DNA of 64,000 nt, taken from contig JAJXTN010000004.1 in assembly GCA_021783725.1 (NCBI GenBank), positions 12,178-76,177 of the forward strand, written 5' to 3'. Within the stretch, counting starts at the first letter, position 1; each line of letters starts with the position of its first letter. A model generated the notes under the pieces. The model saw nothing but the letters and a program-made list of their open reading frames with translations, was not told the origin of the DNA and made no database searches. Below are positions 63,842 to 64,000 of the stretch, piece after piece. Source of the stretch: a bacterium (GTDB lineage Bacteria; Patescibacteriota; Saccharimonadia; Saccharimonadales; UBA4665). The position numbers were made by a program, and so were the translations under genes.

Positions 63842-64000
63842 ATGAATCCCTCGGTAAATAATCCAAATCCAGCACAGGGTCCGGCGGCCATGCCTTTCGT
63901 GACACCCCAATTTCCGATACCTCCGACTCCTCCCGCACCAACCCCATCACCTATGCCACAAGTAGGTGGTCAGCCTGCCGTTACACCGCCTAGAACCAAC
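63842..64000 (+). CDS. hypothetical protein, 5' part only (Pro-rich N-terminus); by position possibly the T4SS VirB4-type ATPase
   Basis: The frame is open from the ATG at 63842 to the window end (MNPSVNNPNPAQGPAAMPFVTPQFPIPPTPPAP...). The function cannot be determined from 53 residues. Confidence 0.35.
   Translation, partial: MNPSVNNPNPAQGPAAMPFVTPQFPIPPTPPAPTPSPMPQVGGQPAVTPPRTN

Overview
This is a gene-dense 64-kb chromosomal window that reads like an ultra-small, host-dependent CPR/Patescibacteria (Saccharibacteria-like) genome. That placement is inferred from gene content and protein style; there is no rRNA in the window to confirm it. The backbone is housekeeping genes: pnp (partial)-rpsO, truB, rpsT, holA, mutM, polA, dnaG-rpoD, orn, msrB, mscL, argS, a PGI/PMI-type isomerase, groES-groEL with a CIRCE operator, a murE-like ligase, tsaD, valS, mgtA, comFC and hsp20. 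There are four tRNAs (Arg-GCG, Ser-CGA, Ser-GCU, Ser-UGA). Surface and accessory content includes a 953-aa SGNH-hydrolase surface protein, a type IV pilin-like protein next to a GT2-GtrA-GT-C/TPR glycosylation module, and an ABC-2 exporter. At the 3' end lies a type IV secretion-like locus. It has six tandem VirB2/TrbC-type pilin paralogs, divergent from a giant VirB6-like protein, a PrgI/VirB3-like protein and a further gene cut by the window edge. The second main theme is a family of short GTCAT...ATGAC double-hairpin repeats and GTCTACN heptamer arrays. These occupy intergenic DNA at five or more sites and are also embedded in frame inside essential genes (truB, argS, tsaD), much like the Rickettsia palindromic elements. 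Other oddities are a DnaG lacking all four zinc ligands, a catalytically degenerate DHH/NrnA-like protein, a duplicated tRNA 3' end and a tRNA-Ser-like fragment. All calls come from manual motif recognition on the supplied ORF track and sequence. Start codons are approximate, and no database search or folding program was available.
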